Source: Terriglobia bacterium (GTDB taxonomy: Bacteria > Acidobacteriota > Terriglobia > Acidiferrales > UBA7541). From it: DNA of 64,000 bases. Below the pieces are notes generated by a model. It ran no database searches, was not told where the DNA came from, and was given only the letters and a program-made list of their open reading frames with translations. Position 1 is the first letter of the stretch. Each line of letters starts with the position of its first letter. Shown here one piece after another: positions 50,870 to 60,031 of the stretch. The position numbers and the translations under genes were made by a program. Location: NCBI GenBank assembly GCA_963695545.1, contig OY968796.1:3744001-3808000 (forward strand), given 5' to 3'.

Positions 50870-51034
50870 TCAACCGGAGCCCGCTCGCTCCCCCGCCGCA
50901 TGACGCTGCTCCTTATGCGCCTCGTACTCACGCGAAAGCTTCGCCGCGTCCACCGGATCTGGCCGAAAACGCAAATCGCAAATCGAACACGCGTACTCGC
51001 CGCTCCACACGATTTTCCCGTCTCGGTTCGCCAT
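50870..51034 (-). CDS. Small protein with C2H2-like zinc motif
   Basis: C-x2-C-x20-H-x4-H in a 54-aa ORF downstream of the hydrolase. Confidence 0.55.
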   Translation of the reverse strand: MANRDGKIVWSGEYACSICDLRFRPDPVDAAKLSREYEAHKEQRHAAGERAGSG

Positions 51035-51112
51035 CACGGCCCTGAGGTACGCTCTTTCCGCTGGCATAACGAAACTCTACACCGGCCGCATGGACGCCCG
51101 TCGCAACGCTTT

Positions 51113-51892
51113 CTATCGCGCGTGCGTCGCCGCTTCTTCGATCAAAGCCGCAACTGCCTTCGGCTGCGAGACGTACACCGAATGGCTCCCGTCCACAGCT
51201 TCAACCTTGTGGCTCCCAGCTCGCGCCGCATACCACCGTTCGAGCTCCGGATTGATGATTCTGTCTTTCGTCGGCACCATCATCCAGCTCGGTTTGCTTC
51301 TCCACGCCGGCGTGGTGATCACTCCATGAAAATTGGCATCGTTGATGAGCACCTGCGAGCGCGACTCGAAAGCGGCCTGCTCCGGAGACAAATCGGCCGC
51401 GAAGTATTCGCGAAACTGCGCGGGGTCAAGGTAATCGAATCCGTCCGCCGTCTTCTTCATTGCCGTAGACTTGCTCACGTCGCTCGGGAATCGCTTCCCG
51501 TCGTCCGCCTCGCTCTCTCCCGTATCCGGCATGTGCGCCGCGATGTACACCAACCCCACCACCGCTGGATCGGTTCCCGCTTCGGTAATCACCGATCCCC
51601 CATAACTGTGCGCCACAAGAATGCACGGCCCATCTTGCAGCGCGAGCACCCGCTTCGTCGCCGCCACGTCTTCCGCGAAAGAAGTCTCCGGCTCCTGCAC
51701 CATGCTCACGTTGTATCCATCCCTCACAAGAATGTCGTAAACGCCCCGCCACCCCGACCCATCCGCCCAAGCCCCGTGCACCAACACAATGTTCCGAACG
51801 CGATGCCCTCCGTCCTGCGCTCCAAGCGCGCAGCAGCCCAACATCAACACTACGATCCAAACCGGCTTCGCAACTCCTCGCGCGATTCGCAT
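51113..51892 (-). CDS. Exported alpha/beta hydrolase
   Basis: GGAGG RBS; VLVHGAWADG, AHSYGG nucleophile elbow, GSHS. Confidence 0.9.
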   Translation of the reverse strand: MRIARGVAKPVWIVVLMLGCCALGAQDGGHRVRNIVLVHGAWADGSGWRGVYDILVRDGYNVSMVQEPETSFAEDVAATKRVLALQDGPCILVAHSYGGSVITEAGTDPAVVGLVYIAAHMPDTGESEADDGKRFPSDVSKSTAMKKTADGFDYLDPAQFREYFAADLSPEQAAFESRSQVLINDANFHGVITTPAWRSKPSWMMVPTKDRIINPELERWYAARAGSHKVEAVDGSHSVYVSQPKAVAALIEEAATHAR

Positions 51893-52059
51893 TTGTACCT
51901 CCCACGACTCAGGATGTGATTTGATTCGACGCTCGACGCGTGGCCCCGCACTCTTCGATGTTCCGATCCTTAATTCCACTCGCGAATTGTAACGCCGGCA
52001 ACCTTCGTGGTGGCCCGAATTCGCGCCCCGCCTTGGCCTTGGCCTTAGCCTTGGCATTT

Positions 52060-52084
52060 GTAGGGGCGGAGCTTGCCTCCGCCC
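52060..52084 (+). repeat. GTAG-family REP element
   Basis: GTAG followed by GGGCGGAG-CTTGC-CTCCGCCC hairpin; preceded by GCCTTG hexamer run 52030-52059. Confidence 0.7.
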
Positions 52085-52110
52085 GTTTTTCCGCGCCCTG
52101 TGAATATTAT

Positions 52111-52167
52111 TTCGAATACTTAATTATTACTTGACACATCAATTTATCCATGCTAACCTTATGCATG
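52111..52167 (+). promoter_or_regulatory. sigma70-type promoter (dispersed element copy C)
   Basis: TTCGAA 52111-52116; TTGACA 52131-52136, 17 nt, TGc-TAACCT 52154-52159, then GCATG. Confidence 0.65.
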
Positions 52168-52297
52168 TTCGCGCAATCAATTCGAATTATTCGCGACCCC
52201 CACTTTTCCCGCGTCCGCCGCTGCGTGCAATGTCCCTTTAAGATCGTCGCAAAACGCCTCAACAACCCTTTCAGACCCCTCCGCACCCCTCCAGGGC

Positions 52298-52442
52298 AGT
52301 GCGCATCTCACTGAAAACATTCGACCAAGCAATTTCCGTATCTCTTTTCGTTTCAATCAAATACGAACTGCTCATGCACACTTTTCCCGCAAGTCCCGTA
52401 TTCCCATCATTTTACAAACTGGGTACCCGGGGTATACCCCCT
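52298..52442 (+). repeat. Core of dispersed repeat element, copy C (no zinc-finger gene)
   Basis: 73/92 ungapped match to copy A; AGTGCGCATCTCnnTGAAAA and GCAAGTCCCG shared with copy B. Confidence 0.85.
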
Positions 52443-52519
52443 CTCGCACCGCGAACGGAATCGTCTGCAGCAGAGCAATCCGCCAACTCCCCTGCAATCA
52501 TCAACTTCCCTCGCGAGCT

Positions 52520-52846
52520 CTAATCCCTGCCGACGTTCTCCCCGATCCACGCGAGATACTCAGCGAGGCCCGCCACAATCGGCATCGCCACAATCTCCGG
52601 CACATCGTAACTGTGCAATCGCCGAATCCCATCGCGCAGCTTCGGCCAACCGCGCCGCGTGGTCTTCAGCAGCAGCAACGTCTCTCGCGCTCGCTCCACC
52701 TTCCCCTTCCAGCGATAGATCGATTCGATCTTCCCCGGCAAAATGTTCGCGCACGCCGCACGTCGCGACGCGACCATCGCGCGCCCGATGCGCCGCGCCT
52801 CCGCCGAAGTTTTGCACGTGACGAATACCATGACGCAATCCGCCAT
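52520..52846 (-). CDS. cutA: Divalent-cation tolerance protein CutA
   Basis: AACANI, SIYRWKGKVE, LLLKT, HSYDVPEI. Confidence 0.93.
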   Translation of the reverse strand: MADCVMVFVTCKTSAEARRIGRAMVASRRAACANILPGKIESIYRWKGKVERARETLLLLKTTRRGWPKLRDGIRRLHSYDVPEIVAMPIVAGLAEYLAWIGENVGRD

Positions 52847-52966
52847 AATTCCACCTCGTCGTTTCCCAACGCCGTTACTCTTTCTCGCGCGCGGAATCCT
52901 TCGTCTCCTCGCGCCGCGCTCGCCGCGCTAGAATACCGCGCGGGGGCTGGACGCGACACGGCGTAC

Positions 52967-54433
52967 ATGAATTCACCGATTCACTTCGGCACTTCGGGCT
53001 GGCGCGCGATCATCGCTGGCGATTTCACCTTCGGCAACGTGCGCACCGCCGTCGCCGCCATCGCCGATCACGTCCGCAGGAAGAATCCCAATCCCACACT
53101 GCTCATCGGCTACGACACGCGCTTTTTCGGCGAGGAATTCTCGCTCGCGGCGGCCGCCGTCCTCCGCGAGCGCGGCGTCACCCCGCTTCTCTGCGACGCT
53201 CCAACGCCCACGCCGGCGATCGCCTACGAAATTCGGCGCCGCAAGCTCGATGGCGCCATCAATTTCACTGCCAGCCACAATCCGGCGGATTATCAAGGCC
53301 TGAAATTCTCCGGCGCTGACGGCGCGCCCGCCATGCCCGAGGTCACAAAGGACATCGAATCGCGCGCGAAAAAACTCGCCGAGCCGCCGCGCGTCCACGT
53401 CTCCGCCGATTCGTTCGAGCGCGTGAGCGTGCGCGAACCTTATCTCAAGCGCCTGGCCGAACTCGTAAACTTCGATTCCATTCGCAAAGCCGGCATCACG
53501 ATCGTCTACGACGCGCTGCACGGCTGCGGCGCCGGCTATCTCGATCGCGCGCTCGCGGATCACGGCATCGTCGCGCACACCATCCGCGCCGATCGAGACG
53601 TCCTGTTCGACGGCACCGGTCCCGACGTGGTCGAAACAAATCTCCAGCCGCTGGCCGATGCCATGTGCGCGCGCCGCGCGCAAATCGGCCTCGCCACCGA
53701 CGGCGACGCCGATCGCTTCGGCATCATCGACGCCGACGGCACGTGGTTCCAGCCGAACCACATTCTCGGCCTGGTCTACGATTACCTCATCACCACGCGC
53801 CAATGGAATTTGCCCTCAGCGCGCAGCGTCGCCACTTCGCACTTGCTTGACGCCGTCGCGCGCCATCACGGCACGACGGTCTCCAAGCGCGTCGCGGTCT
53901 TCGAGACTCCCGTCGGCTTCAAATATATCGGCGAATTGATTAAGCAAGACAAAATCGCAATGGGTGGCGAAGAAAGCGCGGGCCTCACCATCCGCGGCCA
54001 CGTCCCCGAAAAAGACGGCATCCTCGCCTGCCTGCTTGTTGCGGAAATGGTCGCCGCGCGCCGCGCCTCGCTTGGTGAGCAATTGAAAGATCTGTTCCGC
54101 CGCGTCGGCCGCGAATTCTGGCCCCTGCGCATCAACATGCATCTGCCCGGCGACGTCCAGGCGCACACCGTCGCGCGCCTAAAAAACAATTTCACCAAAT
54201 TCCTGGGCCGCCGCGTCGCGCGCACCGACCGCACCGATGGTCTGAAACTCGAATTCGACGACGGCTCGTGGGTTCTGATGCGCCTTTCGGGCACGGAACC
54301 TTTACTCCGAATTTACACCGAAGCCGCCACGCTCGAAGCTTCGCGCAAGATGGCCGAGCAAACCCGCGCGTGGGTCTTGGCCGAATCCGCAGAGAAAACT
54401 GTAGGACGCACCGCAGGAGGAACCGCAGCATGA
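52967..54433 (+). CDS. Phosphoglucomutase/phosphomannomutase
   Basis: FGTSGWR, TASHNP, DGDADR, GEESAG, RLSGTEP. Confidence 0.93.
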   Translation: MNSPIHFGTSGWRAIIAGDFTFGNVRTAVAAIADHVRRKNPNPTLLIGYDTRFFGEEFSLAAAAVLRERGVTPLLCDAPTPTPAIAYEIRRRKLDGAINFTASHNPADYQGLKFSGADGAPAMPEVTKDIESRAKKLAEPPRVHVSADSFERVSVREPYLKRLAELVNFDSIRKAGITIVYDALHGCGAGYLDRALADHGIVAHTIRADRDVLFDGTGPDVVETNLQPLADAMCARRAQIGLATDGDADRFGIIDADGTWFQPNHILGLVYDYLITTRQWNLPSARSVATSHLLDAVARHHGTTVSKRVAVFETPVGFKYIGELIKQDKIAMGGEESAGLTIRGHVPEKDGILACLLVAEMVAARRASLGEQLKDLFRRVGREFWPLRINMHLPGDVQAHTVARLKNNFTKFLGRRVARTDRTDGLKLEFDDGSWVLMRLSGTEPLLRIYTEAATLEASRKMAEQTRAWVLAESAEKTVGRTAGGTAA

Positions 54434-54840
54434 ATGAATCGCCAAACCGAATTTCAAACGGATCGAGCGCGACTTCCTGGGCCACACGCAACGCGCGCTC
54501 GCTGCTTCTGATCGCGCTCGCCGCGCTCGGCGTCCACGATATTTTCAGTGCGCACGGTTTCATCGCCATGCGCCGCACCGCTCGCGAAATAGACGCTGCG
54601 CGCGATGAAATCACCAAGCTCGACGATGAAAACCGCGCCCTGGCCGACCAAGTCGGCGCGCTCAAATCCGACCCGCGAATGATTGAACGCATCGCGCGCG
54701 AGGAAATGGGCCTGGCCCGCCCCGGCGAAATGATTTTCAAGGTCCCCGCCGATCCCGCTACGTCGGCGAGCGCCGACGGCAACTCCGCAGCCGGCGGCAA
54801 CGCGGGCACAAACAATGCGGGCGATAAACCGCAGCAGTAA
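54430..54840 (+). CDS. ftsB: Septum formation initiator (FtsB/DivIC family)
   Basis: TM, coiled coil, IERIAREEMGLARPGE; ATGA overlap with PGM. Confidence 0.85.
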   Translation: MNESPNRISNGSSATSWATRNARSLLLIALAALGVHDIFSAHGFIAMRRTAREIDAARDEITKLDDENRALADQVGALKSDPRMIERIAREEMGLARPGEMIFKVPADPATSASADGNSAAGGNAGTNNAGDKPQQ

Positions 54841-54895
54841 TTTTCAAGCCTTCGCGCGAGGATTGTTCCGTGTGTGCGCGCGGCGTGATCGCCGC

Positions 54896-56044
54896 CTAGC
54901 TCGTTCCGTGCGCCGAGCGCCTGAACCATGCCGCGATTTCCGCGCCGCGCCCCTTCCATTTCGTGCGCGCCATCGCGAGCAACGTCATGGCCACGAAAAT
55001 GACCGCCAACCCCAGCGTCGCTCTCCCAATTCCCGTGCGATGCTTGTGCGCGACCGAAAGATCGCCGTAAACAAATTCGATGTGCACCCAGTACACCAGC
55101 AACGACGCCTGTCCCATCGTCACCAACGGACTGAATCCGATTTCACCCGCGCCCCACCGGCACCACGCGTATCCCAAAAGCACAATCACCAGAATCACGC
55201 CAACGCGCATCAAAAACCAATTCGGGCTGGTATGCCAGAAATCGTACACCGCGTAAATTCGCACCGGCAGCGAATCGAACCACCACGCCGCGAAAAACAA
55301 CGCGACGCCAAGCGCCCCGAGCCACGCCACGGCGGAAACTTCGCGCTCGCGCGCCCGCGCGCCTGTGAGCACAAATCCCGCCGCCAATCCCGCGAAACCA
55401 AACGCCGCCCACGGAAAAATTGGAAACAGCCAGGTTTGCGGCACACCGTAAATGTGCACGCCGTTGACATACGATTCGAGCCACCACGGCAACCAGTTCG
55501 GCCGAGTCGTCGTCCACAGCGGAGGCGTAGCCAGCGCGATCGCAAGAGCCGCGCCGATTGCCGTCGCGATGTTCCATGCGCGCAGCCTCTCGCCAGAGGC
55601 GCCGCTTTGTTGCGCAGCGTAGCCCACGATCCAACACGCGATGGCCATCAGCACGAGCGTGACCGCGATCTCGTTAAGAATATCCACGCGCAGCAGATCG
55701 GTCCAAGGAGAGTGAAACCAGCTGAGCAAATATTCCTGCAGGCGAAACCCGAGCGCCAGCAGGAAAATTTCTCCGCCGCGCCGAATCGAGGCGCGCCCGG
55801 TGTCCGCGACGGACATTCCACGCTGCCGCGTGCGTTCGGTCGTGAAAGCCAGAGAAATTCCGGCCAGGAACAGGAACAGCGGCGCGGGCAGCGTGCCGCC
55901 CGCCTGCGACATGCGGAAGAAAAGCCCGCTGCGCGCCGCGGGAGAGAGCCACGAATCGTAGCAATGCGTCTGGAACATCACCACACACGCCAGTCCGCGC
56001 AGCCAATCAATGTAAGCGATCCGCGAACGTGCGTTTGATTTCAT
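54896..56044 (-). CDS. Membrane acyltransferase-like protein (DUF1624/HGSNAT-like)
   Basis: RIAYIDWLRGLA, PLFLFLAG, FPIFPW, GQASLLVYWVH. Confidence 0.8.
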   Translation of the reverse strand: MKSNARSRIAYIDWLRGLACVVMFQTHCYDSWLSPAARSGLFFRMSQAGGTLPAPLFLFLAGISLAFTTERTRQRGMSVADTGRASIRRGGEIFLLALGFRLQEYLLSWFHSPWTDLLRVDILNEIAVTLVLMAIACWIVGYAAQQSGASGERLRAWNIATAIGAALAIALATPPLWTTTRPNWLPWWLESYVNGVHIYGVPQTWLFPIFPWAAFGFAGLAAGFVLTGARAREREVSAVAWLGALGVALFFAAWWFDSLPVRIYAVYDFWHTSPNWFLMRVGVILVIVLLGYAWCRWGAGEIGFSPLVTMGQASLLVYWVHIEFVYGDLSVAHKHRTGIGRATLGLAVIFVAMTLLAMARTKWKGRGAEIAAWFRRSAHGTS

Positions 56045-56100
56045 TAGATAAATCGATTAGTTCGATTGAGTTTTGATGCAGCTACGATACACTAACGAAT

Positions 56101-57090
56101 GTGACTTCGGAACGCCCCCGGCCACTTCCCCTTTCCATTGCGATCGCCGTTTGGGCCGCTGTCGGTTTGGCGGCTGCATTGTACGGCAGCTGGCAAGGAT
56201 ATGGCGGCCGCCGCTACGCGATCATGGTCATCGTGACGCTGTGGCTGCTCGGCACGGAAGTCATTCTCGCTTCGGGCGGAATGGTAGAACGCATATCGAA
56301 GCGCCTCTCGCCGCCCGTCGCCGCAATCCTCGGTGCGGTGCCGCTTCTCACGTACATCGTCTACGCAGTCGGAACGGGAAGTTTCGAGTGGAGAAATGTG
56401 GCGCTCGTCGCGGGCATGGCGCTGGTACCCACGGCGCTGACGGCTTCGGCCGGCGGCGCGCCTTTCGGCGCGTGGCAGGATTACGCGGCGATGGCTGCGC
56501 TGTTCATTCCTTTCTGGCTCGGATGGGTGCAATACCTTTGGCCGTTTCCTACGCCGAAAGTCACTTACGCGATGTCCGTGCTACTGATCATTCAAGTCGG
56601 CGTGATCGCTTTCTTGTTGGTGCGGCGCGCGCCGGACGTCGGCTATTCCCTTGCTTGGTCCCGCAAATGGATTCTGACCGTGGCCGCGTGCTTCATCGGC
56701 ATCGCGCTGATCGATATTCCGCTCGCGCTCAAGATTCGCTTCCTGCGCTTCGACCCGAGCAACGGGCATCACAAGCAGATACTGCTCGAATTTCTGGGGA
56801 CGTTTTTCTTCACAGCGTGGGCCGAGGAGTTTTTCTTTCGCGGATTGCTACAGAACGCGCTCTCACGCACGTTACGCAGCGACGCTGGGGGCTGGATCGT
56901 GGCCTCGATCGTGTTCGGCTTTTCGCATATCAATCACGAGCACTTTCCGAATTGGAGATACGTTCTGTTGGCCACCATTGCAGGCTTCTTCTACGGCTTC
57001 GCGTGGAAAAAAACGAAATCGATGACCGGCAGCGGCGTGATTCACGCCGCCGTGGACGTCACGATGCATCAATTATTTCGCGTGATCTAG
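56101..57090 (+). CDS. CPBP/CAAX family intramembrane metalloprotease
   Basis: EEFFFRG, FGFSH, IHAAVD; multiple TM segments. Confidence 0.88.
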   Translation: MTSERPRPLPLSIAIAVWAAVGLAAALYGSWQGYGGRRYAIMVIVTLWLLGTEVILASGGMVERISKRLSPPVAAILGAVPLLTYIVYAVGTGSFEWRNVALVAGMALVPTALTASAGGAPFGAWQDYAAMAALFIPFWLGWVQYLWPFPTPKVTYAMSVLLIIQVGVIAFLLVRRAPDVGYSLAWSRKWILTVAACFIGIALIDIPLALKIRFLRFDPSNGHHKQILLEFLGTFFFTAWAEEFFFRGLLQNALSRTLRSDAGGWIVASIVFGFSHINHEHFPNWRYVLLATIAGFFYGFAWKKTKSMTGSGVIHAAVDVTMHQLFRVI

Positions 57091-57143
57091 GCGCGCGAGC
57101 GAACGGTAATTTCCACTTCTTAGCGGGTATCGTTCCGATCGGG

Positions 57144-57920
57144 CTAGCGAACCACGCCGGACACCGGGCTCGAAGCCGAAGCGTACAACTTTTTCGGCAT
57201 GCGTCCCGCGAGATACGCCTTGCGTCCAGCGGAGACCGCATCGCGCATGGCTTCGGCCATGAGCACGGCGTCCTGCGCTTCCGCGATCGCCGTGTTCATC
57301 AGGATTCCATCAGCGCCAAGTTCCATGGCGATCGCCGCATCCGAAGCGGTGCCAACGCCCGCGTCCACGATCAGCGGCACTTCGGTGACGCGCTCGCGCA
57401 AGATGCGCAGTGCCGCTCGATTCTGAATGCCGAGTCCCGAACCGATTGGCGCGGCGAGAGGCATCACGGCGGCTGCGCCGGCGTCAATCAGTTTTCGCGC
57501 GACGATCAAATCGTCGCTGGTGTAGGGCAAAACGATGAAGCCTTCCTTCACGAGCACGCGCGTGGCCTTCACCAATTCTTCGGTTTCCGGAAACAACGTC
57601 TGCTGATCGCCGATCACTTCGAGCTTCACCCATTCCGAAAGTCCCGCTTCCCTGCCCAGGCGCGCGGCGCGAATGGCTTCATCGGCGGTGTAACAGCCGG
57701 CGGTGTTCGGCAGGATAAAAACTTTTTCGCGATCGATGTAATCGAGCAGCGATTCTTTGGTGCGATCGGAAAGATTCACGCGGCGCACTGCAACCGTAAC
57801 CATCGCGGCGCCCGACGCGGCGTGCGCGCGCGCCATTTCCGCAAGCGAGCGATATTTCCCAGTGCCTACGATCAAGCGCGAGCTGAAAGCGCGGCCGGCA
57901 ATTACGAGTTGATCGTTCAT
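57144..57920 (-). CDS. thiG: Thiazole synthase
   Basis: [40 protein letters not shown]. Confidence 0.96.
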   Translation of the reverse strand: MNDQLVIAGRAFSSRLIVGTGKYRSLAEMARAHAASGAAMVTVAVRRVNLSDRTKESLLDYIDREKVFILPNTAGCYTADEAIRAARLGREAGLSEWVKLEVIGDQQTLFPETEELVKATRVLVKEGFIVLPYTSDDLIVARKLIDAGAAAVMPLAAPIGSGLGIQNRAALRILRERVTEVPLIVDAGVGTASDAAIAMELGADGILMNTAIAEAQDAVLMAEAMRDAVSAGRKAYLAGRMPKKLYASASSPVSGVVR

Positions 57921-57992
57921 CGCGTGAACCCCCAGTACACTCCGCAAACGATTGTACCGCGCGGGCGGGACGAGCAAAACCGGCGCGGCGCT

Positions 57993-59822
57993 TTAGTCCG
58001 TGACGGTCGAGTGCTGCTCGGCGTCGGCGTAGATGCGCTCGATCTGCGCCGCGTATTTCTGCTCGATGACGCGGCGCTTGAGCTTCATCGTGTAGGTCAA
58101 TTCGCCTCGCTCGAACGTGAAATCATCGGGCAACAGCGCGAATCGCTTGACGCTTTCGTAGTGCGCGAGCGGCGCGCACAAGCGATTCACTTCTCGCTCG
58201 ATCTCTTCGCGCACCCACGGCGCGGCGGCCGTTTCTTCATGCGAGCCTACGGGCAGTTTCCGTTCGCGCGCGAGTTTTTCCAGGCTCTCAAAGTTCGGGA
58301 CGATCAGCGCGGCCACAAATCTTCGCCGGTCGCCGACCACGGCGACGCTTGAAATGTAGGGACTGGCTTTCAAAAGATTTTCGACCATTTGCGGAGCGAC
58401 GAATTTTCCGCCGGCGGTTTTCAGCAATTCTTTTTTGCGATCGGTGACGTAGAGAAATCCGTCTTCATCGAGGCGCCCGATATCGCCAGTGGAAAGCCAG
58501 CCGTCGGGCGAAATTGCCGCGCGCGTATCCTCCGGACGCTGATAATAGCCGCGCATCACGCACGGACCGCGAGCTTCGATTTCTCCGTCGGCGGCGATGC
58601 GCACTTCGACGTGCGGAATGATCGGTCCAACGCTGCCGGTGCGATTCTTTGCCGGAATGTTCGTCGAAATGATCGGCGAGGCCTCCGTCAAGCCATAGCC
58701 TTGATAAATCTTTATGCCCACGGCCCAGAAAAATTCGATCAAGTCCTTCGCGAGCGGCGCGCTGCCGCAGGAGACCAAACGAAATCTGCCGCCGGTGGCG
58801 GCGCGAATCTTGTGAAACACCAGGCGATCGGCGACGCGCCACTTGAAACGCAACAGCGCCGAAGGGCGCGCGCCGTAGGCTTTCCATGGGACGGCTTGGC
58901 GCGCCACGCGCAAGGCACGATCGAAAATCGCGCGCTTTATTCTCGGACAGGCGCGGCCCTGCTCGACGATTCGCGCGTAAACTTTCTCGAAGAATCTCGG
59001 CACAGCGGCTACGATGGTCGGGCGGACTTCCAGAAGCGCGCGAGAAACGTCGTTCATATCGGGGACGTAGGCGACAGGCACGCCGTTGAACAAATATGCG
59101 TAGCCCATCACGCGCTCATACACATGCGAGAGCGGCAAAAACGAAAGGCCTTGATCGGTGCGATAGTCGAAATTGGTTCCGAAAAAGCCGTCGGTGACGT
59201 TCGAGCTCAAATTGTTGTGAGTGAGCATCACGCCTTTCGGTTCGCCTGTGGTGCCGGAGGTGTAGATCAGCGTGGCGAGTTGCTCAGGCACGTTCAATTC
59301 GGCGCGACGGCGATACGCCGCGATTTCCGCGGCGCCGTCCGGAGCGGTGCCCGCGGCAGGATCGACGATCGCTTCGTAGCGCAGCGGATCGGGGCCGGCA
59401 TCCTGCGCCGCGTCAAGGCAGATGACGTGCTGGACGGTCGGCACGCGGTCACGGATGCCGAGCAGGCGGCGCGTTTGCTCGGCGCCGGCGACGAACACCG
59501 CCTTGGCTTCGGAGTGATTCAGGATGTAAACCATCCGATCGGGAGATTCATTGAAGTAGATCGGCACGTTCACCGCGCCCAAACCGAGAATCGCGAAATC
59601 GGCCACGTGCCATTCGGGACGATTCGGCGAAAACACGCCGACGCGATCGCCGGACACGATGCCGAGTCGATCGAGCGCGGCCGATAAGCGCGCGACGCGA
59701 CGCAGCAATTCCGCGGAGGAGATTTCCTGCCATCCATTTTCGGCGCGAAACATCTGCGCGCGCGGCGACGGAAATTTGTCTACCGCGAGAAGCAAACGCT
59801 GCGTCAGTGGCGGGTATTCCAT
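57993..59822 (-). CDS. Long-chain fatty acid--CoA ligase
   Basis: YTSGTTGEPKG, QGYGLTE, TGDIG, ELTYTMKLKR. Confidence 0.92.
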   Translation of the reverse strand: MEYPPLTQRLLLAVDKFPSPRAQMFRAENGWQEISSAELLRRVARLSAALDRLGIVSGDRVGVFSPNRPEWHVADFAILGLGAVNVPIYFNESPDRMVYILNHSEAKAVFVAGAEQTRRLLGIRDRVPTVQHVICLDAAQDAGPDPLRYEAIVDPAAGTAPDGAAEIAAYRRRAELNVPEQLATLIYTSGTTGEPKGVMLTHNNLSSNVTDGFFGTNFDYRTDQGLSFLPLSHVYERVMGYAYLFNGVPVAYVPDMNDVSRALLEVRPTIVAAVPRFFEKVYARIVEQGRACPRIKRAIFDRALRVARQAVPWKAYGARPSALLRFKWRVADRLVFHKIRAATGGRFRLVSCGSAPLAKDLIEFFWAVGIKIYQGYGLTEASPIISTNIPAKNRTGSVGPIIPHVEVRIAADGEIEARGPCVMRGYYQRPEDTRAAISPDGWLSTGDIGRLDEDGFLYVTDRKKELLKTAGGKFVAPQMVENLLKASPYISSVAVVGDRRRFVAALIVPNFESLEKLARERKLPVGSHEETAAAPWVREEIEREVNRLCAPLAHYESVKRFALLPDDFTFERGELTYTMKLKRRVIEQKYAAQIERIYADAEQHSTVTD

Positions 59823-60031
59823 ACTCGACCGCCGACTCTACAGGATGGCGCGCCGCTGGCGCAATGGAGCGGCGTGGGTGAGCGAATTTAGCGCGAGACA
59901 AGATGGGAAGACAAAGTTCGAAAACCGCGCCCCGCTACGGCGGACCTTCGGGCTTAAGACCGAAGGGTGCGGCGCCCTGCGCTCGCGCTTGTAGAGGCCG
60001 TCGATTAGAATCCATGCGGGGAGACAATCTT

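Noticed and set aside
52299..52523. Conserved small protein similar to ORF 1094..1288
   Set aside because: Similarity follows from the shared DNA core; the start is poor and copy B reads the core in another frame.
59945..59966. Hairpin CCTTCGG-N8-CCGAAGG as a hut regulatory RNA
   Set aside because: Looks like a generic intergenic REP-like hairpin; nothing links it to histidine regulation.
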